A stretch of 64,000 nt of DNA, from assembly GCA_963793865.1 (NCBI GenBank), contig CAWCBP010000014.1:64001-128000 (forward strand), written 5' to 3'. Within the stretch, counting starts at the first letter, position 1. The number at the start of each line of letters is the position of its first letter. The DNA is from an uncultured delta proteobacterium (GTDB taxonomy: Bacteria > Desulfobacterota > WTBG01). This document shows, one piece after another, positions 27,313 to 48,997 of this stretch. The notes beneath the pieces are model-generated. The model was not told the origin of the DNA and ran no database searches. It was given only the letters and a program-made list of their open reading frames with translations. A program made the position numbers and the translations under genes.

Positions 27313-28578
27313 CTACTCCTTGCTCCGGTGATCGGGAACTTTCTTGAGCAAATAGAGGCCGCCCAGGATGAAAAAGAGCAGGGAGAACAGGGCAATCCGG
27401 TATTTGAAGGTTCCAAGTCCTTCACAAAGATAAACAAGTGCCCCCCACACCAGCGGCCCCAGGATAAACCCGAATTTTCCTCCCATATTATAGAGGCCAT
27501 AGACCTCGCCGACCTTTTCAGGCGGCGAGAGATCGAGCACCAGGGCGCGCGCCGTGACCCAGGTGCCCCCCAGGGCGATCCCCACCAGCGGTCCTATGGT
27601 CCAGAACATCATGGGTGAAAAACTCACGCTTCCCACCACCAGGCAGGCCATCCACAGGTATAGCACCATGACCAGCGTACGCTTGGCCCCCATGCGCTCG
27701 GTAATCCAGCCGAAGGCGAGCGATCCCGCCACGGCAAAGAGGGTGGAGAGGATGAGCAGTACGCGGATCATGGCGTCACTGAAGCCGCCCACCCGGTGGG
27801 CATAGACGGACATAAATGCGATAACCGTGTTCACCGCGTCACAATACAGGAAATTGGCTATGAGAAAGGGGAGCAGTCCCGGGTGTTCCCTGGTGCTTGC
27901 TATCGATTCTTTAATCTGCAACAGTTCCTCCCGCAACGATCGCCATGCGACCCCGGGCATAGTGCGCCTTTCCTCCCTGACCAGGAAAAAACAGGGAAGG
28001 GAAAAGAGGAGAAAGAGCAGTGCGGTGGGGATAAATGCTGATGCACGCCCCGCTTCACTTACGAAAGGTTTTACCATCATGATGCCGGCAATGGCGCCCA
28101 CATAACCCAGGGCCACGCCCATGCCCGCAACCTTGCCGACGGAGTAGCCCCGGCTTACCGAGGGAAGCAGGGCATCGTAGGGAACGAGCGCCGCGTGAAA
28201 TCCATAGTTTGCCAGGGCAAAGAAAAGGAGTCCCGGCACAAGCTCATTGAAAACACCGATGAGCCCGGTGGAGACAACTGAAAGCAAGGTTAATAAAGTA
28301 AGCAGGGGGATTCGTCTTCCCAGCCGGTCGCATCGGGCGCCGATGAGGGGCATGGATATCGCCACCAGTACCGAGGAGAGCGAAAGTGCGAGGCTGTATA
28401 CAATATCTCTGCCCCCCTTGTCCACCGTGACCCAGAGGGGAAAGTAGAGCGAGATGATGTTCATGGAAAAAATGGTGTTGGCAAAATCGTAGAGAGACCA
28501 GGAGAGAATAGCCGGCCAGTTGGGACGGCGGGATGTTCTTGTCCGGTGGGAATCGACTGTTAATTGATCTGTTTTCAA
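27313..28578 (-). CDS. MFS transporter, UMF1/ATG22 family
   Basis: SWSLYDFAN, YDALLP, GYVG; about 12 hydrophobic segments. Confidence 0.88.
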   Translation of the reverse strand: MKTDQLTVDSHRTRTSRRPNWPAILSWSLYDFANTIFSMNIISLYFPLWVTVDKGGRDIVYSLALSLSSVLVAISMPLIGARCDRLGRRIPLLTLLTLLSVVSTGLIGVFNELVPGLLFFALANYGFHAALVPYDALLPSVSRGYSVGKVAGMGVALGYVGAIAGIMMVKPFVSEAGRASAFIPTALLFLLFSLPCFFLVREERRTMPGVAWRSLREELLQIKESIASTREHPGLLPFLIANFLYCDAVNTVIAFMSVYAHRVGGFSDAMIRVLLILSTLFAVAGSLAFGWITERMGAKRTLVMVLYLWMACLVVGSVSFSPMMFWTIGPLVGIALGGTWVTARALVLDLSPPEKVGEVYGLYNMGGKFGFILGPLVWGALVYLCEGLGTFKYRIALFSLLFFILGGLYLLKKVPDHRSKE

Positions 28579-28688
28579 TTATAGAAAATTCTGATTATTC
28601 TTTTGTCATTCCCCGAATTGATCGGAGAATCCATATTTTTGGAATCCCTGTGGCTCTGAAAGCCCCCTCCCCATGAGCCCCCCATTTT

Positions 28689-29504
28689 TTATCGCCTGGC
28701 GGCACCCAGTTCCTGTGAACGTTTGGTTGCCGCCTCCACCGCATCCATCAGGGTTGATCTGAGGCGGCCCGCTTCCAGCTTGTGCAGCCCGCTGATGGTG
28801 GTGCCCCCCGGCGAGGTGACCATGTCCCGCAGTTTGGCGGGATGCTCGCCGGTCTCCGCGATCATTTTTGCCGATCCCAGGCAGGTCTGAGTGGCGAGGA
28901 GCAGGGCCACCTGGCGGGTGAGCCCCATCTTCACCCCCGCGTCAGCCAGGGCTTCAATGAAGAGGAATACATACGCGGGGCCGCTGCCGCTCAAGCCGGT
29001 GACCGCGTCCATGAGTGATTCATCGACCATGACCACTTTGCCCACCGCGCTGAAAATACTCTGGGCAATTTTAAGGTGGCTGTCTGTCGCGTTCCTGCCC
29101 TTGCAGAGCGCTGACGCTCCTTCCTGGATCAGGGCCGGGGTATTGGGCATCACCCTGATTATGGGTATGCTGCTTTTGAAATGACGGGAAATGAAATCGG
29201 TGGGGATGCCGGCGACAATGGAAATGATCAGGTGCCTGCCGCTGACGGCGGGCGCCAGCCCGGCGAGCATCGCTTCCATGTTCTGGGGTTTGACGCACAA
29301 AATAATTATATCAGCCTGCGCGGCGGCGGTCAGGTTGTCCTTGCATATTTTTATACCGTAGCTTTTCTGCAATGTTTTCAGCCGCTCGCTCCTGATATCC
29401 GACACAAAAACAAACTGGCGGGAACTCACCCCGGATTTAAGAATGCCTTTTATTAATGCCTCTCCCATGTTACCGCCGCCGATGAAACCGATCTTCTGCT
29501 GCAT
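28689..29504 (-). CDS. proC: Pyrroline-5-carboxylate reductase
   Basis: IGFIGGGNMG, RVMPNTP, GSGPAY, VTSPGGTT. Confidence 0.97.
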   Translation of the reverse strand: MQQKIGFIGGGNMGEALIKGILKSGVSSRQFVFVSDIRSERLKTLQKSYGIKICKDNLTAAAQADIIILCVKPQNMEAMLAGLAPAVSGRHLIISIVAGIPTDFISRHFKSSIPIIRVMPNTPALIQEGASALCKGRNATDSHLKIAQSIFSAVGKVVMVDESLMDAVTGLSGSGPAYVFLFIEALADAGVKMGLTRQVALLLATQTCLGSAKMIAETGEHPAKLRDMVTSPGGTTISGLHKLEAGRLRSTLMDAVEAATKRSQELGAARR

Positions 29505-29573
29505 GACTTTATTCCTCCTGGATGAAAATTCTTGTTGAACTTTTTCTCCGGTTTTTATATATAAGAACAGCGC

Positions 29574-29648
29574 GGGCGATTAACTCAGCGGGAGAGTGCT
29601 ACCTTCACACGGTAGAAGTCACTGGTTCGAATCCAGTATCGCCCACCA
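29574..29648 (+). tRNA. tRNA-Val(CAC)
   Basis: Anticodon loop TT-CAC-AC, GGTTCGAAT, CCA end. Confidence 0.93.
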
Positions 29649-29892
29649 CACCACCATCAGCAACAGTCCCTGATGCAACGGTCGCCCTGCATGCGCACCC
29701 TGCTTTTGTGCCGGTTGCGATTCACCGCGGGAAACTTTCAAGACAGTCTACAGATCATCAATCCATTCGCATATCACTATATTTAATTACTACCTTCATA
29801 GCATTAATGATGCGACAAATCAAGCTGATACCGTATTCAGGCTGCATCATGGGGCAGGCTGCCCCGATTCCTCGCTTCAGCCGTTCTTTGAA

Positions 29893-30618
29893 ATGAGTCC
29901 GGGAAAGCAGCGGGAAATACTGCAGCTGCTGTACGAGAGGCTTTACCGGTCCATCGGTCCTCTGCACTGGTGGCCTGCCGATTCCCCCTTTGAAGTGATG
30001 ATCGGGGCCATATTGACCCAGAACACCTCGTGGGCAAATGTTGAAAAGGCCATGCAGGTGCTGAAAGAAAAAAATCTGCTCCACCCCCGCAGGCTCTATG
30101 CAGTCCGGGAAAAAACGCTGGCAGCAGCCATCAGATCCTCCGGATTCTTCAACCTGAAGGCAAAACGAATCAGGTCTTTTCTGCAGTTTCTGTTTACCCG
30201 GTACCGGGGAGACATCGGGCGCATGTTTTCAGAAGAAACAGGGGCCTTGCGGGAGAAGATGCTGCAGATTAACGGCCTGGGGCCGGAGACGGTGGACAGC
30301 ATATTGCTCTATGCGGGTGAAAAGCCCGTTTTTGTGGTTGATGCCTATACCAAAAGAATTCTGCTCCGGCACGGGCTTGTCCCCGAAACGGCGGGTTATG
30401 CGGAACTGCAGAATCTTTTCATGGAGAACCTGGACCACGATGTCCGGCTGTTCAACGAGTATCATGCGCTTTTAGTCCATGTGGGCAAATATTTTTGCAG
30501 GCCCCGGGAAAACTGCGGACCCTGTCCTTTGAACGGGCTGCACAAGCGGCCGCCGGCAGCCGGGCAACGGACAACGGCACGCCGGGGGAGAAAAAAAACA
30601 ATAAAAACAATTAATTAG
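29893..30618 (+). CDS. HhH-GPD (endonuclease III-related) DNA glycosylase
   Basis: WWP, GAILTQNT.W, GLGPETVDSILLY, VVDAYTKR, EYHALLV. Confidence 0.9.
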   Translation: MSPGKQREILQLLYERLYRSIGPLHWWPADSPFEVMIGAILTQNTSWANVEKAMQVLKEKNLLHPRRLYAVREKTLAAAIRSSGFFNLKAKRIRSFLQFLFTRYRGDIGRMFSEETGALREKMLQINGLGPETVDSILLYAGEKPVFVVDAYTKRILLRHGLVPETAGYAELQNLFMENLDHDVRLFNEYHALLVHVGKYFCRPRENCGPCPLNGLHKRPPAAGQRTTARRGRKKTIKTIN

Positions 30619-30660
30619 ATGCAACGAAGTCATGTATATAAAAAATATTAAAAAAAGTTG

Positions 30661-30688
30661 TTGCTTTTTTAACTTGTATAAATATAAT
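30661..30688 (+). promoter_or_regulatory. Sigma70-type promoter of the tRNA-tuf operon
   Basis: TTGCTT-N16-TATAAT with an A-rich upstream tract. Confidence 0.65.
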
Positions 30689-30699
30689 CATGCGGTTAT

Positions 30700-30774
30700 G
30701 CTGGCGTAGCTCAACGGCAGAGCAGCTGATTTGTAATCAGCAGGTTGCGGGTTCAAATCCCATCGCCAGCTCCA
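30700..30774 (+). tRNA. tRNA-Thr(UGU)
   Basis: Anticodon TGT, CCA end. Confidence 0.95.
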
Positions 30775-30788
30775 TGGCGTTACTTCGT

Positions 30789-30873
30789 GGAGAGGTTCCC
30801 GAGTGGCTAAAGGGGGCAGACTGTAAATCTGTTGGTGCAACCTACGGAGGTTCGAATCCTCCCCTCTCCACCA
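30789..30873 (+). tRNA. tRNA-Tyr(GUA)
   Basis: Anticodon GTA, long variable arm, CCA end. Confidence 0.95.
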
Positions 30874-30899
30874 CAACGGCTGTTTGTTCATAATACCGG

Positions 30900-30976
30900 G
30901 CGGGAGTAGCTCAGTTGGCTAGAGCGTCAGCCTTCCAAGCTGAGGGTCGCGGGTTCGAATCCCGTTTCCCGCTCCA
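30900..30976 (+). tRNA. tRNA-Gly(UCC)
   Basis: Anticodon TCC, CCA end. Confidence 0.95.
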
Positions 30977-30994
30977 ACCACAGCATTGTAAAAT

Positions 30995-31071
30995 GCCCAA
31001 GTAGCTCAGTAGGTAGAGCACTTCCTTGGTAAGGAAGAGGTTCACCGGTTCGATCCCGGTCTTGGGCTCCA
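30995..31071 (+). tRNA. tRNA-Thr(GGU)
   Basis: Anticodon GGT, CCA end. Confidence 0.95.
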
Positions 31072-31134
31072 CAGTACCTTAAAAACCATAGTCCAGGGAC
31101 AGGTTATTACTCAATTCTTGAGGAGGCAGGAGCC

Positions 31135-32334
<1,200 letters not shown>

Positions 32335-32381
32335 GGCGGCGAAACCATATTATATTATTAAGTTAATAGAGACTACGTGCG

Positions 32382-32531
32382 ATGAGAGAAATCATAACGC
32401 TTGAATGCGGGCAGTGCAAGAGACGAAACTACACCACGACCAAGAACAAGCGCACAACGACGAAGAAGCTGGAATTCAAGAAATTCTGCCGATTCTGCCA
32501 TGCCCACACCCTCCATAAGGAAACAAAGTAA
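32382..32531 (+). CDS. rpmG: 50S ribosomal protein L33 (Zn-ribbon form), absent from the ORF track
   Basis: Manual translation [49 protein letters not shown]. Confidence 0.95.
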   Translation: MREIITLECGQCKRRNYTTTKNKRTTTKKLEFKKFCRFCHAHTLHKETK

Positions 32532-32559
32532 AGCGGCTCAATAAATTATATTCCTACGT

Positions 32560-32636
32560 AGGCCAGTAGCTCCAACGGCTAGAGCACCGGACTCCAAATC
32601 CGGGTGATGGGGGTTCGAATCCCTCCTGGCCTGCCA
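32560..32636 (+). tRNA. tRNA-Trp(CCA)
   Basis: Anticodon CCA; usual position between rpmG and secE. Confidence 0.93.
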
Positions 32637-32683
32637 ACGATGTAATGCAACCATGGCCGCGCGGCGGCCGGGGGGTATAGGTA

Positions 32684-32869
32684 ATGTTCCAGAAGATTTT
32701 GCAATTCCTGCAGGAAGTGCAGCTCGAGCTGAAAAAAGTCGTCTGGCCGACACGCAAGGACACGATTGCGTCTACTTCGGTGGTGCTCATCATCGTTATC
32801 ATCATAGCCTTCTTTCTCGGGCTGATCGACCTCGGCCTCACCAGAATTATCAGGGTTATCCTGGGATAA
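32684..32869 (+). CDS. secE: Preprotein translocase subunit SecE
   Basis: ELKKVVWPT plus one TM helix. Confidence 0.95.
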   Translation: MFQKILQFLQEVQLELKKVVWPTRKDTIASTSVVLIIVIIIAFFLGLIDLGLTRIIRVILG

Positions 32870-32883
32870 ATGAAAGGGTAGTT

Positions 32884-33414
32884 ATGGAAAAGAACTGGTA
32901 TGTGATTCATACCTATTCTGGCTATGAAAATAAGGTAAAACAGGCCCTGGAAGAGCGCATTAAGCAGTTCGGCAAGGAGGAATATTTTTCCGAGATCGTG
33001 ATTCCCACCGAGAACGTGGTGGAAATGATCCGGGGCGAGCGGAAGACCACCTCACGGAAGTTTTTCCCCGGCTACGTGCTGATCAACATGTCCATGGACA
33101 ACGAGACCTGGCACATCGTCAAGAACACGCCCAAGGTAACCGGTTTCATCGGCGGCGGCAACAAGCCCATCTCCATTCCCGAGGTGCAGGCCAGGGATAT
33201 ATTAAGCCAGATCAAGGAAGGAAAGCTGAAGCCCAAGCCCAAGGTTTCCTTTGAGAAAGGCGACAGCGTGAGCATCATCGACGGCCCCTTTAACAACTTC
33301 AACGGACTGGTGGAAGAGGTCAAGCCGGAGAAGGGCCGGCTTAAGGTGCTGGTGTCCATTTTCGGGAGATCGACTCCCATTGAACTTGAGTTTCTTCAGG
33401 TGAAGAAGAATTAG
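32884..33414 (+). CDS. nusG: Transcription factor NusG
   Basis: WYVIHTYSGYE, FFPGYV, KOW motif. Confidence 0.97.
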   Translation: MEKNWYVIHTYSGYENKVKQALEERIKQFGKEEYFSEIVIPTENVVEMIRGERKTTSRKFFPGYVLINMSMDNETWHIVKNTPKVTGFIGGGNKPISIPEVQARDILSQIKEGKLKPKPKVSFEKGDSVSIIDGPFNNFNGLVEEVKPEKGRLKVLVSIFGRSTPIELEFLQVKKN

Positions 33415-33453
33415 CAGGCTGAGGAAAACTGAAAACTACTTTTAAACAACCTG
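33415..33453. mobile_element. Minimal MITE-like remnant directly after the nusG TAG
   Basis: caggctgaggaaaac...ttttaaacaacctg resembles both ends of the 55054 element. Confidence 0.5.
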
Positions 33454-33469
33454 GTGGACGGTAACGCAT

Positions 33470-33892
33470 ATGGCAAAAAAGGTGCTTGCGATTAAAAAGC
33501 TGCAGATTACGGCGGGGAAGGCCAACCCTTCGCCTCCCGTGGGCCCCGCCCTCGGTCAGCACGGGGTAAACATCATGGAGTTCTGCAAGGCATTTAACGC
33601 GCAGACACAGAGCAAGGGCGACATCATTCTTCCGGTGGTGATTACCATTTATTCCGACCGCTCCTTCTCGTTCATCGTGAAGACGCCGCCGGCCGCGGTA
33701 CTGATCAAAAGGGCCGCCGGCATTATCAAGGGTTCCGCTGAACCGAACCGGGACAAGGTGGGCAAGGTCACTCCCGACCAGATAAAAGAGATCGCCCAGA
33801 TGAAAATGCCCGACCTCAATGCCGTGGACCTGGAGGGTGCCATCAGGATCATCGAGGGGACGGCCCGGAGCATGGGCATCGAGGTTGGCTAG
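33470..33892 (+). CDS. rplK: 50S ribosomal protein L11
   Basis: [15 protein letters not shown]. Confidence 0.98.
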   Translation: MAKKVLAIKKLQITAGKANPSPPVGPALGQHGVNIMEFCKAFNAQTQSKGDIILPVVITIYSDRSFSFIVKTPPAAVLIKRAAGIIKGSAEPNRDKVGKVTPDQIKEIAQMKMPDLNAVDLEGAIRIIEGTARSMGIEVG

Positions 33893-33974
33893 GGGACGCA
33901 CAAACGCAGTGAGGAAACATGCACGGGGTTTGCAGGACCCGGGGATTAATTTTTAGATAATCGGAGGAACGGCC

Positions 33975-34679
33975 ATGTCCGGTCAAAAAGGTAAAAAGCA
34001 CAAGGCTGCGCACGAGAAGATTGACAGGAGCAGGGTCTATGAACTGGAGGAGGCGCTGAAGGTGATGAAGGACGCCTCATTTGCCAAGTTCGACGAGACC
34101 GTCGACGTGGCAGTACGCCTGGGGGTCAACCCCAAGCATGCCGACCAGATGGTGCGCGGTTCGGTAATGCTTCCCCACGGGACGGGGAAGGAAACCAGGG
34201 TGGTGGTATTTGCCAAGGGAGAAAAGGAGAAGGAAGCCACAAGCGCCGGAGCCGATGTTGTCGGCGCGGAAAGCCTGATCGAGAAGATCACCCAGGGGTG
34301 GCTTGACTTTGACAAGGCCATCGCCACGCCGGATATGATGGGCATGGTTGGCAAGATCGGAAAAATCCTCGGCCCCAGAGGGCTGATGCCCAATCCCAAG
34401 GTGGGAACGGTGACCTTCAACGTTGCCGATGCCGTGGCCGATCTCAAAAAAGGAAAGATTGAATTCAAGGTTGACAAGGCGGGCATTGTCCACGCCAGAA
34501 CCGGCAAAATTTCCTTCGCGGTGGAAAAGCTGAGAGACAATGTGAGCGCCCTGATTGACGCGCTGATCAAGCTGAAGCCTCCGACCAGCAAGGGCGTCTA
34601 TTTGAAAAGCATCGTGCTGTCAACAACCATGGGGCCGGGAATCAAGGTAAACCCGGCGTTTACCCGTCAGATCGGTTAA
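33975..34679 (+). CDS. rplA: 50S ribosomal protein L1
   Basis: [17 protein letters not shown]. Confidence 0.98.
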   Translation: MSGQKGKKHKAAHEKIDRSRVYELEEALKVMKDASFAKFDETVDVAVRLGVNPKHADQMVRGSVMLPHGTGKETRVVVFAKGEKEKEATSAGADVVGAESLIEKITQGWLDFDKAIATPDMMGMVGKIGKILGPRGLMPNPKVGTVTFNVADAVADLKKGKIEFKVDKAGIVHARTGKISFAVEKLRDNVSALIDALIKLKPPTSKGVYLKSIVLSTTMGPGIKVNPAFTRQIG

Positions 34680-34829
34680 GAGGTCCGTCACTTACCCATT
34701 CCCTCGCTCAACGTCTTGTCCGCATTTCCCGCTCACGGGGAAGGTTATGGGGTTTATAAGCCGCCCTTAAGGCCTGAAAAAGGCACGGTATAAGGGGCAC
34801 AGGTGTTTCTGAAAGGAGGCTGAAGTCCA

Positions 34830-35348
34830 TTGAAACGAGAAGAGAAACAACAAATTGTTACCTCCTTATCGAGCAAGCTCAAGGAAGCGGTGCTGGTTGT
34901 GGTAACAGACTACCGGGGCCTCTCGGTGGAGAAGATTACCCAGCTTCGCAACGAACTGCGCCGGGCCTCGTCGGAGTATCGGGTGGTGAAGAACACCCTG
35001 CTGAAGCGGGCGTCCCAGGGCACGGCCCTGGAGGGGATCCACGGCTACCTTGAAGGCCCGACGGCGATTGTCATCAGCTCGGGCGATCCGGTTGCCCCGG
35101 TCAAGGTGCTGGTGCGCTATCTCAAGGAGTATGAGCAGCTGAGCATCAAGGCGGGATACCTCGAGGGCACGGTTCTGTCCGCGGAAGACACCCGGGGGCT
35201 GAGCACGCTGCCCGGCAGAAAGGAGCTTCTGGCCAGGGTTGTCTCGCTGTGCGCATCACCGCCGGTGAGGCTGCTGAGCACCCTGCAGGCCATTCCCCAG
35301 AAGCTGGTCAGGGTATTGCATGCCATTGAAAAAAGCAAATCAGGCTAA
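34830..35348 (+). CDS. rplJ: 50S ribosomal protein L10
   Basis: DYRGL, VVKNTL; TTG start. Confidence 0.95.
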   Translation: MKREEKQQIVTSLSSKLKEAVLVVVTDYRGLSVEKITQLRNELRRASSEYRVVKNTLLKRASQGTALEGIHGYLEGPTAIVISSGDPVAPVKVLVRYLKEYEQLSIKAGYLEGTVLSAEDTRGLSTLPGRKELLARVVSLCASPPVRLLSTLQAIPQKLVRVLHAIEKSKSG

Positions 35349-35392
35349 TCACTCAACTAATAACAGTGTTGCGAGCAGGAGGACAAAGGATC

Positions 35393-35785
35393 ATGGAAAA
35401 AATAACCAAAGAAGATGTGATACATTTTATCGAAAACATGACCGTGCTTGAGCTGTCGAGTCTGGTGAAGGAGCTGGAGGAAAAGTTCGGGGTTTCGGCT
35501 GCCGCCATGCCCATGGCCATGGCCATGCCCGGAGGAGCCGCGGGAGAAGCACCTGCCGCCGCCAAGGAGGAGAAGACCGAGTTTGACGTGATTCTCAAGG
35601 CGGCGGGAGACAAGAAGATCCAGGTGATCAAGGTGGTCCGCGCCCTCACCAACCTGGGGCTGAAAGAGGCCAAGGACCTGGTTGACGGCGCTCCCGGCAC
35701 GGTGAAGGAAGGCCTTCCCCTGAAAGAAGCCGAGGATGCCAAGCAAAAGCTGGAAGAGGTCGGGGCAACGGTTGAGATTAAGTAG
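35393..35785 (+). CDS. rplL: 50S ribosomal protein L7/L12
   Basis: [19 protein letters not shown]. Confidence 0.98.
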   Translation: MEKITKEDVIHFIENMTVLELSSLVKELEEKFGVSAAAMPMAMAMPGGAAGEAPAAAKEEKTEFDVILKAAGDKKIQVIKVVRALTNLGLKEAKDLVDGAPGTVKEGLPLKEAEDAKQKLEEVGATVEIK

Positions 35786-35866
35786 CGGGATGGTTCAACT
35801 GTCTGAAAAGCGGAGAGAGTGCTTTTCACGGCTGTCAGGTTACTCTAATCCATGCCAGGGGTTGCA

Positions 35867-39984
<4,118 letters not shown>

Positions 39985-40004
39985 CGGGAAAAGGGAGACC
40001 CTCC

Positions 40005-44099
<4,095 letters not shown>

Positions 44100-44134
44100 G
44101 CCGCATGGCCCGCAATAAAACCGCAATATAACAG

Positions 44135-44165
44135 TTGACAAGAAAGCATTTATTTGGTACATAAT
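44135..44165 (+). promoter_or_regulatory. Sigma70-type promoter of the str operon
   Basis: TTGACA followed 17-19 bp later by TACATAAT. Confidence 0.6.
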
Positions 44166-44203
44166 CAACTTTTTGCCTAAACTTTTGCTGCAAAGGAAGC
44201 GTT

Positions 44204-44578
44204 GTGCCGACCACCAACCAGCTATTCAGAAAAGGACGCACCAAAACCAAGTACAAGACCAAGGCCCCTGCGCTCCAGTCGTCTCCCCAGAAGCGCGGCG
44301 TGTGCATGCGGGTGTATACCTCGACCCCGAAGAAGCCCAATTCGGCTTTGAGAAAAGTCGCCCGGGTGCGCCTGACCAACGGGCTGGAGATCACCACCTA
44401 CATACCCGGTGAAGGGCACAATCTTCAGGAGCATTCGGTGGTTCTTGTCCGCGGAGGCAGGATCAAGGATCTGCCCGGAGTCCGCTACCACATCATCAGG
44501 GGGACGCTGGATTCGGTGGGGGTGCAGGACAGGAAAAAAAGCCGTTCCAAGTACGGGACCAAGAGAGCAAAGGCGTGA
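44204..44578 (+). CDS. rpsL: 30S ribosomal protein S12
   Basis: [18 protein letters not shown]. Confidence 0.99.
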   Translation: MPTTNQLFRKGRTKTKYKTKAPALQSSPQKRGVCMRVYTSTPKKPNSALRKVARVRLTNGLEITTYIPGEGHNLQEHSVVLVRGGRIKDLPGVRYHIIRGTLDSVGVQDRKKSRSKYGTKRAKA

Positions 44579-44701
44579 GTTGCTGAGTCGGTGCGCCGTC
44601 CCCCTGCCGGGGCCGGTGCCGTTGTTCCAGCCGCAAGGGCCTGCAGCAATTTCATTCAACCGGTTCATCACTACCAGCAATCTGCGTAACGAGGTTTGAC
44701 G

Positions 44702-45172
44702 ATGCCCAGAAGAAGGGTCGCCGCGAAGAGACAGATATTATCGGACCCCAAGTACAAGGACAAGCTTGTTGCCAAGTTCATCAACAAGATCATGTGGGAA
44801 GGGAAAAAGAGCAAGGCTGAAGCCATTGTCTACCGGTGCTTTGATTCCATCGAGAAGAAAACCAAGACCGACCCCCTTAAGGTGTTTCGCAGCGCGCTGG
44901 ACAACATAAAGCCGGTCATCGAGACCAAGTCCCGCCGGGTCGGGGGCGCGACCTATCAGGTCCCGGTGGAGGTGCGGCCGGACCGCAAGATGAGCCTGGC
45001 CATGCGCTGGCTCATCTCCTACTCCCGGGATCGCAAGGAGCACTCCATGGAAGAGCGCATCGCGGCGGAGCTGATTGATGCGGCAAATAACCGGGGCGCC
45101 GCGGTAAAGAAGAAGGAAGACACCCACAAGATGGCGGAAGCCAACAAGGCCTTTGCCCATTACCGCTGGTAG
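44702..45172 (+). CDS. rpsG: 30S ribosomal protein S7
   Basis: [18 protein letters not shown]. Confidence 0.98.
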   Translation: MPRRRVAAKRQILSDPKYKDKLVAKFINKIMWEGKKSKAEAIVYRCFDSIEKKTKTDPLKVFRSALDNIKPVIETKSRRVGGATYQVPVEVRPDRKMSLAMRWLISYSRDRKEHSMEERIAAELIDAANNRGAAVKKKEDTHKMAEANKAFAHYRW

Positions 45173-45207
45173 AAAACCCCCGGCGGATCGGGAGAGCAGA
45201 TTCATTC

Positions 45208-47370
45208 ATGGTCAGGTACCTTGGCGAGCAGCTGGCGCACAAACAGGATGAAACCCTTAACCAGAGCACGCGTGCGATGCTGGAAGTAGTCACCGCTCCT
45301 CAGTTGAATAAGGTAAGAAACATCGGCATTATAGCTCATATCGATGCGGGAAAGACCACGACCACCGAGCGCGTTCTTTTCTATACCGGCGTGTCGCACC
45401 GCATGGGAGAGGTGCACGACGGAACCGCGGTGATGGACTGGATGGAGCAGGAACAGGAGCGGGGCATCACCATCACCTCCGCCGCCACCACCTGCTTCTG
45501 GAACAATCACCGGATCAACATCATCGACACCCCCGGGCATGTGGATTTTACCGTGGAGGTGGAGCGGTCGCTGCGGGTGCTCGACGGCGCGGTGGTGGTG
45601 TTTTGCGGCGTGGGCGGCGTGCAGCCCCAGTCCGAGGCGGTGTGGAGACAGGCGGACAAGTACGGCGTGCCGCGCATAGCCTTCGTTAACAAGCTTGACC
45701 GGACCGGGGCCGATTTCCTGCGGGTGGTGGAGATGATGAGAAGCCGGCTGCATGCCAATCCCCTGGTGGTGCAGCTTCCCTGGGGGGCGGAAGACCGCTT
45801 CAAGGGCGCCATCGATCTTATTTCCATGGAGGCCGTCCGCTACGATGAAGGAACCCTGGGCATGAACCTCCGGCGGGAGTCGATCCCGGCGGAGATGATG
45901 GAAAGCGCGAAGCTCCACCGGGAAAGGATTCTCGAGGCGGCGGCGGATTATTCAGAGGCGCTGATGCAGAAGTACGTTGCCGAAGAGCCGGTCACGCCGC
46001 AGGAGATCAGGGCGGCGCTCCGCGAGGCGACGCTGAAGCTTAAAATCGTTCCGGTGGTGTGCGGCTCGGCCTTTAAGAACAAGGGCATACAGCAGCTGCT
46101 CGACGGGGTGGTTGACTACCTCCCCTCCCCCCTTGATCTGCCGCCGGTGCGCGGCTTCAACCTCAAGGAAGTGGAGGAAGAGCGGGCGGCGAAGGCGGGC
46201 GAGCCGTTTTCCGCCCTGGCATTTAAAACCATGAACGACCCCTACGTGGGCCAGCTCACCTTTCTCCGGGTTTATTCCGGGAGCATCAGGAAGGGGGATA
46301 CGGTTTTCAATCCCCGGAAGATGAAGCGGGAGCGGGTGCAGCGCATCCTCAAGATGCACGCCAACAGAAGAGAGGAAATAGACGAGATCGCCGCCGGCGA
46401 TATTGCCGCGGCGCTGCTCAAATACACCACCACCGGTGATACCCTCTGTGACGAGGAGAGGCCGATTATGCTTGAGCCGGTGGAGATTCCCCAGTCGGTC
46501 ATTTCGCTGGCCATTGAGCCCAAGTCCCGCGCCGACCAGGAAAAGCTCATCAGCTCGCTTCGGAAGCTGGCGCTTGAGGATCCCTCGCTGGTGATCAACC
46601 TTGACGAGGAAACCGGCCAGACCATCATCTCCGGCATGGGGGAACTGCACCTGGAAATAGTGGTGGACCGGCTGCTGCGGGAGTTTTTAGTCAATGCCTC
46701 GGTGGGCAAGCCGCAGGTGGCCTACAAGGCGGGCATTACCAGAAAGTGCAGGGTGGAAGGCAAATTCATCCGGCAGAGCGGCGGCAGGGGACAGTACGGC
46801 CACGTCTGGCTCGAGCTTGAGCCGCTTACGCGCGGCTCAGGGGTGAGCTTTGTCAATGCCATTACCGGGGGCATCATCCCCCGGGAGTATATTGCCGCCA
46901 TCAAGAAAGGGGTGCTCGAGGCTGCGGAAAACGGCATCTGGAACGGCTACCCGGTCATGGACATGAACATCACCCTTTTTGACGGTTCGTATCACCCGGT
47001 GGATTCCTCGGAGATGGCCTTTACCATCGCAGCATCCATGGCCTTCAAGCGGGGCGTGCTCGAGGAAGGCGGCCCGGTGCTGCTCGAGCCCATCATGTCT
47101 CTCGAGGCAGTGGCCCCGGAAACGTTTCTCGGGGACCTGATCGGAGACATATCCTCCCGGCGCGGCAAGGTTCTCTCCATGGAGGTGCGGCAGGAGACGG
47201 CTGAAATCAAGGCGGAGGTTCCTCTGGCGGAGATGTTCGGATATTCCACCGTGCTGCGGTCCATCACCCAGGGGCGGGGGCTGCATACCCTTTCGTTCCT
47301 CAGGTATCAGGAGGCCCCGGGCTCGATTTCCGCGGCCGTTATCGCGGAGACCTGCAGCGCGCGCAGTTGA
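45208..47370 (+). CDS. fusA: Elongation factor G (divergent; start may be 45277)
   Basis: [30 protein letters not shown]. Confidence 0.95.
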   Translation: MVRYLGEQLAHKQDETLNQSTRAMLEVVTAPQLNKVRNIGIIAHIDAGKTTTTERVLFYTGVSHRMGEVHDGTAVMDWMEQEQERGITITSAATTCFWNNHRINIIDTPGHVDFTVEVERSLRVLDGAVVVFCGVGGVQPQSEAVWRQADKYGVPRIAFVNKLDRTGADFLRVVEMMRSRLHANPLVVQLPWGAEDRFKGAIDLISMEAVRYDEGTLGMNLRRESIPAEMMESAKLHRERILEAAADYSEALMQKYVAEEPVTPQEIRAALREATLKLKIVPVVCGSAFKNKGIQQLLDGVVDYLPSPLDLPPVRGFNLKEVEEERAAKAGEPFSALAFKTMNDPYVGQLTFLRVYSGSIRKGDTVFNPRKMKRERVQRILKMHANRREEIDEIAAGDIAAALLKYTTTGDTLCDEERPIMLEPVEIPQSVISLAIEPKSRADQEKLISSLRKLALEDPSLVINLDEETGQTIISGMGELHLEIVVDRLLREFLVNASVGKPQVAYKAGITRKCRVEGKFIRQSGGRGQYGHVWLELEPLTRGSGVSFVNAITGGIIPREYIAAIKKGVLEAAENGIWNGYPVMDMNITLFDGSYHPVDSSEMAFTIAASMAFKRGVLEEGGPVLLEPIMSLEAVAPETFLGDLIGDISSRRGKVLSMEVRQETAEIKAEVPLAEMFGYSTVLRSITQGRGLHTLSFLRYQEAPGSISAAVIAETCSARS

Positions 47371-47401
47371 TCGGTTCACCCTAAAAGAGGAGGCAGGAGC
47401 C

Positions 47402-48601
<1,200 letters not shown>

Positions 48602-48648
48602 GTGCAATGGCGGTCCTGCGGAGGGCCGCGGGTCCATGAGGTAAGGAA

Positions 48649-48957
48649 ATGGCTGAGCAGAAGATTCGGATTCGGTTAAAGGCATATGATCACAAGCTGC
48701 TGGATCAGTCGGCGGTGGAGATCGTGGAAACGGCGAAGCGGACGGGCGCGAAGGTGGTCGGCCCCATTCCCTTACCAACGGTCATCAACAAGTTCTGCGT
48801 GCTGCGCTCGCCGCACGTGGACAAGAAATCCCGGGAGCAGTTTGAAATGAGGACCCACAAGCGGCTGCTGGACATACTCGAGCCCACGCAGCAGACCGTC
48901 GATGCGCTCATGCGCCTGGACCTTTCTGCGGGGGTGGATGTGGAAATCAAGCTGTAG
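48649..48957 (+). CDS. rpsJ: 30S ribosomal protein S10
   Basis: [16 protein letters not shown]. Confidence 0.99.
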   Translation: MAEQKIRIRLKAYDHKLLDQSAVEIVETAKRTGAKVVGPIPLPTVINKFCVLRSPHVDKKSREQFEMRTHKRLLDILEPTQQTVDALMRLDLSAGVDVEIKL

Positions 48958-48997
48958 CACAAACCTTCACTGTCTATCGCGAGGGAGAAGAATCACC

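Noticed and set aside
26928..30893. Small ORFs overlapping tRNA genes (26928-27122, 29522-29896, 30688-30893)
   Set aside because: They are translations of tRNA sequence.
44204..44578. Streptomycin-resistance allele of rpsL
   Set aside because: The lysines in PKKPNS and RIKDLPG are wild type.
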